DNA from: Leucoraja erinacea
Taxonomy: Eukaryota
Direction of reading: 5' to 3'
Assembly: GCF_028641065.1 (NCBI RefSeq)
Contig: NC_073384.1
Location: forward strand, 53,878,001 to 53,942,000
DNA: 64,000 nucleotides
This document shows, piece by piece, positions 58,825-64,000 of this stretch. Under the pieces are notes generated by a model. That model ran no database searches, was not told the DNA's origin, and saw only the letters and a program-made list of their open reading frames with translations. Made by a program: the position numbers and the translations under genes. Every line of letters begins with the position of its first letter. Positions within the stretch are counted from its first letter, which is position 1.

Positions 58825-59791
58825 GGGCTGTCCCACTGCGGCGACCTAATCCGCGAGTTCAGAAGAGTGTCTTCGACCTTCAAGGTTGCGAGCACTCGCC
58901 TGGAAAACCTCGAGCTAGATCGACCGTCAGCGATGAAACTACGAGCTGGATCGACCGACCGCGCACACACACACAAACACATTGCAAAGGTGGGGAACAG
59001 GGAAAGCGGGGGAGCGCTGTCTGAAATTCATACCTACGATGAAAAGGAAGTGGGACGACAGATGGCACAACGGGCTAAAGTGTTCGGCTGGCGACCGGAA
59101 GGTAGCCGGTTCGAATCCCGCTTGGAGTGCATACTGTCGTTGTGTCCTTGGGGCAAGACACTTCACCCACCTTTGCCTGTGTGTAAATGTAATGTAATTA
59201 TGTGAAGCACTTTGGGGTCAATGCAAGTTGACTAAAAATGTGCTATATAAATAAGATTAGATTAGTAAAACAGCTGCACTATAACGGTAAGTCCTTTAGA
59301 GAGCGTTTTGGGGGGGGGGGGAGAAGGGGAGAGAGGGGGTGAGACGGGGGAGAAGGGGAGGGAATGGGAGGGAATGGGAGAGAAGGGGAGAGAGGTGGGG
59401 GAGAAGGAGTGGAGACACTTTTAAGAAGTATAACAAAGTTTAGTGGGCATTTTACCTACCGGTCGATTTTCCTTGGTCCTGAAAACTCCAATGAGACAAT
59501 TAAAATGCCTGGTCAGTGAAGGAGATTGCCTATGGCTGCCCTCGACTACCTGTAATTAAATAGCAACCACACTCCACTGCACTACTAGTTAAAAAGAACC
59601 ACGCCGACCAATTTTTACTCGAGGAAATTTTTCCGAGACCTAGCTGAGACCACGAGTATGCAGGAACTTCGCTCGAGCATGAAGGAGAGTTCCAGTTACC
59701 TCATAGGACCATGTGTCGACCATGCTGCGAGTTTGAGTCGAGGGCAAACTCGTCTAAACTCGCAGACTAGGTCGCCACAGTGGGACAGCCC
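58825..59791. mobile_element. Non-autonomous TIR DNA transposon, probably PIF/Harbinger-type
   Basis: 44-bp TIRs GGGCTGTCCCACTG.GGCGACCTA... with 39/44 matching (58825-58868 and 59748-59791). TSD not clear. Confidence 0.82.
59052..59265 (+). mobile_element. tRNA-derived CORE-like SINE with an L2-type tail, nested in the TIR element
   Basis: A box TGGCACAACGGG (59063), B box GGTTCGAATCC (59108), gtgtccttggggcaagacactt core, and tail tgtgaagcactttggg...gtgctatataaataa(gatta)n. Confidence 0.85.
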
Positions 59792-59999
59792 ATTTATGTT
59801 TGTATCTGGATGTGCTGAATGAACAAAGCAAAAATGCCTTTTTGGACATTCAATATAATAGATGACACACCACATAACAGTAATCAGTTATTTGTAGACA
59901 TTTACAGAGATTAGGTTTAAAACCTGTTTGTCAGTTTACTTCCAAAGAGACTAACCTAGAAATTCCTTTGTGTAGTGCAATGAACTCCACAAAGGAATC

Positions 60000-60330
60000 T
60001 AGTTTAGTTTAGTTTAGTTTAGTTTAGAGATACAGCACAGAAACAGGCCCTTCGGCCCACCGGGTCTGTGCCAACCAGCAATCCCCGCACATTAACACTA
60101 TCCTACACCCACTCGGGACAATTTTTTTAATTACATTTACCAAGCCAATTAGCCTACAAATCTGTAGTCTTTGGAAAGTGGGAGGAAACCGATGATCTCG
60201 GAGAAAACCCACGCAGGTCACGGGGACAATGTACAAACTCCGTACAGACAGCACCCGTAATCAGGATCGAACCAGGGTCTCCGGCGCTGCATTCGCTGTA
60301 AAGCAGCAACTATACCATTGCGCCACCATG
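60000..60330 (-). mobile_element. HE1/V-SINE with (agttt)n tail
   Basis: Consensus match to the other copies. Confidence 0.92.
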
Positions 60331-63300
60331 ACTGCAGTTTTAGACAAGACAGGATTTCTACAAATTTACACAGATTACGAAGTTTCTTCTACTCTTTTAG
60401 TTGCATGCCTTGCATGTACATGCAAGCTGCCAGACATGCATGGAGACATAAACGGCATGCAATACATGCGTTCATGCCAGTTGTGCAAATTGCATTCATA
60501 ATCCAGGGAGGGACGTGATGACCCGCACAAAAACAGACCATAACTGGCTGGAACATGCCCAGGAGACCCCCCGGTGGCCAGTGAAGGAAGAGCCAGCAGG
60601 CCACGGCATGTAGGGGGAAGCCACAAAGCCCCCTATGGCCATGTGCGGCCTTGCGCAGTGGCAGGTCTGGCTCGCCACTATGAAGAAAGACCCGGTGGGC
60701 CACGGCATGCATGGGGTAAGCCTGGGAGCTGCTGAGCTCGGCCCCTCCAGACGGATAGCAGAGGAGGAGAGAGCCTCTGGTGACAATGGATGTGAGGAGC
60801 GGGCCGGTGGGAGAGCGACTGGGTTATTGCCTCCAGTACCTTCAAGGACGGCTGCAGGAGGCATCCCCAGGACACAAAGGTGGTCGGGCGAGGAGAGGGA
60901 TGTTGGTTCGCAGGCCGAGCTGGTTGAGGGCGACGGAGGAGTACTCCAAAAACTCCGTACTCACTATTATACAGAAGCAGTTATTTCCAAAACCAGCTGA
61001 GGTTTTCAACTTCAGAAAGCTCAAACCTCAGTCAAGGATAAACCACAGATGTCCCCTGGATACAACAGAAGGTACATCGTTCATTATCCTTCTGGGCATC
61101 TCCACCTTTAACTATTTTCATTCACCTAATCCTGAGTCACCTGAAATATCATTGAACAAAACAAAGAGTTAATGGTCTTTTTTACAGTTTCAGTAAGCCT
61201 TTCCCATCCAGAAATATTTAAATCTCTCTCAATATTCCCCAACCATAATGACCATGCAAAAGGTTAATTCCAACTTTCCCCATACTATTTCCTTTGAAAC
61301 ACTGCTTTTATTAAAAGCCTTCAAATCCATTAAGCTGCCGCAGCTAAAGGGGAAAATGGCATTAACAAATGATTTTATTCATATGTAGGATACACTCTGT
61401 TTTATTTTTATACAAATTAATTAAAAGTTCTATCCTGCAACATGGCTATTATTTAGCCATTAACCAGAGGACTGTTTATCACCAGTAAATGATGGTGCAA
61501 AGGTGTTAGTTTTAAAAGTCTCTGGCTGAAATTAAACTTTCTGTACAAAGCATAATGAGAAAATGGAAATAGGATCATAAAGGTTAAACTATGAAGCCAT
61601 CCCTGTGCCTTTGAAACTACGAGATGCTGTGGTTCTCTAACCCAGGCAGATAAAGAGTTATTACCCATTCATTCTTGGTGGTGGGTAATTATCAATTTCA
61701 AAGCACAGGGAGAACTCGCAGTTCTGAAATAAAATGCTTTCTGGCAATCCTCGGCTATTCGTGTAGCTCCTTAATGATCCAGTGACATTAATCTAGGCAG
61801 GTTGTTTCCATTTCACTTGATGTTTGTGCCTCAGAACCAAAGCTGTCTTATAGCTATAATTGACAAGGGAACACTGCTGCCTTGTGCTGTCGTAAATAGA
61901 GTTACAGTAGAATGTGAAGTATTTTATTTGATTGTACGGGAATTGACTTAATTATATCCTGCCGCTCTCTGTCTTTATTTCTCTCTTTTCTGCCTGCTTG
62001 CTTTTTTTTTGTCTTAGTATCTATATCCAAAATCCTCTAAAGCTGTAACCTAAACCACCGGCCTAGAAGCTATTTGGGTGGGCAACTCAAGTCTCTGGGC
62101 CAGTGAGAGAGCCAAAATAGTTTGCACCTTATTAAGGGAGCGCTGATAAGGTCAGCAGCAAGTGGCATATACCACCCAAGAACAATTTTAATTTTAATAG
62201 CTTTTACTCTGTATTTCATAAGCGTGCCCATTGAAATTGAGTCATCAAAGCTGCAAGTTCTTCAAGACAGATTTTAGCCCGAGAGCTAGGAGTAATTATC
62301 CCAGTGGATGTTACCCTGTGTAGCTATTTCAACCTCGTTTATCATTTCAAACAGCTACATACTCTGCCTGCTAATTTCATCAGATGGATTAGCTTCTCTC
62401 ACTTGTCCATCTTTTTTTTTTATTTCTCGGGGTGAAATATTGCCTCCATTCCCTGTTTTAATAAGCTGAGAAGGCATGCACCGCTGCACTGCTTCTGACT
62501 CCTATTTTCTTCAGCTCCTTAGGTTGATCATTTGGGGAGAAGAGCTGCAAGTAAATGTGAAGGTGAAAACTTGGCCACTCTTACCTGGAGGGTGGAACCA
62601 GCTGCTTTCGCTTTGCATACAAATTTCTTGCATGAGCCTTCATATATCTTGACGGAGGCTCTCTGTCCCCGGCATCCCAGCCCACTGAATAAAACTGCAC
62701 GGTTTCTTCACCAGAGGTGAAAGCACAATCTGGGAGATGGAGATACAAAAGAGCTTTTGTGAGAGCAGATTTAGCCTATTTACATAAATGCAAAAAGAAA
62801 AGAAATTATTGGAGCTCAGAGATCATGAAATATTTTGCAATTTAATTACATTTCAAGATTAAAAAAATGAGTGGATTTTTTTAACGCAAATATATGCATT
62901 GTACTTTTATTTTCCCGACAAGTCAGCGTTTTTACATGGACCCACTTTAAATGATTAACAATATATTTGGCAATAGAAGCCAGATTGTTCTCTATATGTC
63001 TACATGTGAACTGTTGGTAGCACATCACAGTGTTTATCTGTAAAACAGATGTGACTGTGGATTTTTATACCCCATCAGATCAGAGTAGTTAAAATTTCAT
63101 TGGGAAAAAAATACATGTGTAAATTCTCTACTTAAAACACAATATAAACGTTAAATTGGTAACAATACCTTAACAATGTCTCAAATTTCAATGCAGACAT
63201 GTACAAATTATGTTTACATTGGCAGGAGATTTCCTCTTTTGATCAATTTATATTTTCTTATAATTATAACCTGAGAGCGCTATAATAGCACACACACCTT

Positions 63301-63725
63301 GTCATTTTGACATTATGAACGTCCGCACAGTACAGAAAAGGAAGGAAAGATCTGTATTTATATAACACCTCCGAACATGCCACAGCACTTTGCAAACAAT
63401 GATATATTTTTGGAAATGCAAAAAAGGAAAGGTTGCAGCTAGTGTGAACAGTCATATTCCACACAGTTGCTCCTCATCAGTTGTAGGTAGCACGCAACAA
63501 AAGCTTTTCACTCTTGAAATTGATAATTACGGGTACACGTGACAATAAACTGAACTGGACTAAACTGAGCTGAACCGAACTAGACTGAAGAATGCCTCTT
63601 GTCTTCAACATGAAGCCAGCCACATCAAACCAGCCACATTTTCATCTCAAAGATTTAATGCACTAACATGTTAACAAAAACCATGAAAGCAAAGCTCAGA
63701 AATTAGTTTGATCACATGATTTGCA

Positions 63726-63904
63726 GGAAGGAACTGCAGATGCTGGTTTACACCGAAGATAGACACAAAATGCTGGACAGGTGATGTTTCAGGTCGCGAC
63801 CCTTCAGTCTGAAGAAGGGTCTCGACCCGAATCGTCACCTATTCCTTCTCTCCAGAGATGCTACCTGACCCACTGAGTTACTCCAGCATTTTGTGTCTAC
63901 CTTC
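63726..63904. mobile_element. Palindromic Penelope-terminus mini-element with a hammerhead core (GAAA changed to GAAT)
   Basis: agacacaaaatgctgga.../...tccagcattttgtgtct arms; ctgaagaagggtctcgacccgaatcgtc at 63809. Confidence 0.85.
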
Positions 63905-64000
63905 AGTGCATAGAATGTTGTGTAATGACTGATTTCTCTTCAACCTCTATCCTGCAAACTGTGCACAATACAATTCATGTGACAATCTATTAGGCTAGCT

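Noticed and set aside
59052-59125. tRNA gene (also the HE1 SINE heads)
   Set aside because: A and B boxes are present, but there is no complete cloverleaf or terminator and the sequence continues into a SINE body and tail.

Overview
Eukaryotic, repeat-dense window with no intact host gene. The repeat inventory (HE1/V-SINEs, several CR1 families, SacSINE1/DeuSINE-like relics, Neptune-type Penelope elements) points to a cartilaginous fish, probably a skate or ray; this is inference. Most listed ORFs are transposon fragments or shadow ORFs. Recognisable elements include CR1, L2, RTE, Rex1/Babar and Tx1 LINEs, a CsRn1-clade Gypsy provirus, an older Gypsy relic, and a young 5'-truncated Penelope element with an open RT+GIY-YIG frame and a minimal hammerhead ribozyme. 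There are also many hammerhead-bearing Penelope termini (single, palindromic and tandem), Helitron-like elements carrying satellites, and hAT, Tc1/mariner and Harbinger-like MITEs. The only host-derived coding sequence is an orphan, frameshifted last exon of SDR39U1 with its splice acceptor (minus strand, 32203-32639). A block of about 5 kb with no recognisable TE (43.4-48.6 kb) resembles conserved non-coding DNA and holds a candidate 5-nt microexon or recursive splice site at 47231-47235. A GC-rich non-coding retroposon family with covarying hairpins occurs twice, each time nested in a Penelope 3' end. All family assignments come from by-eye motif recognition, not database searches, and boundaries of degenerate elements are approximate.
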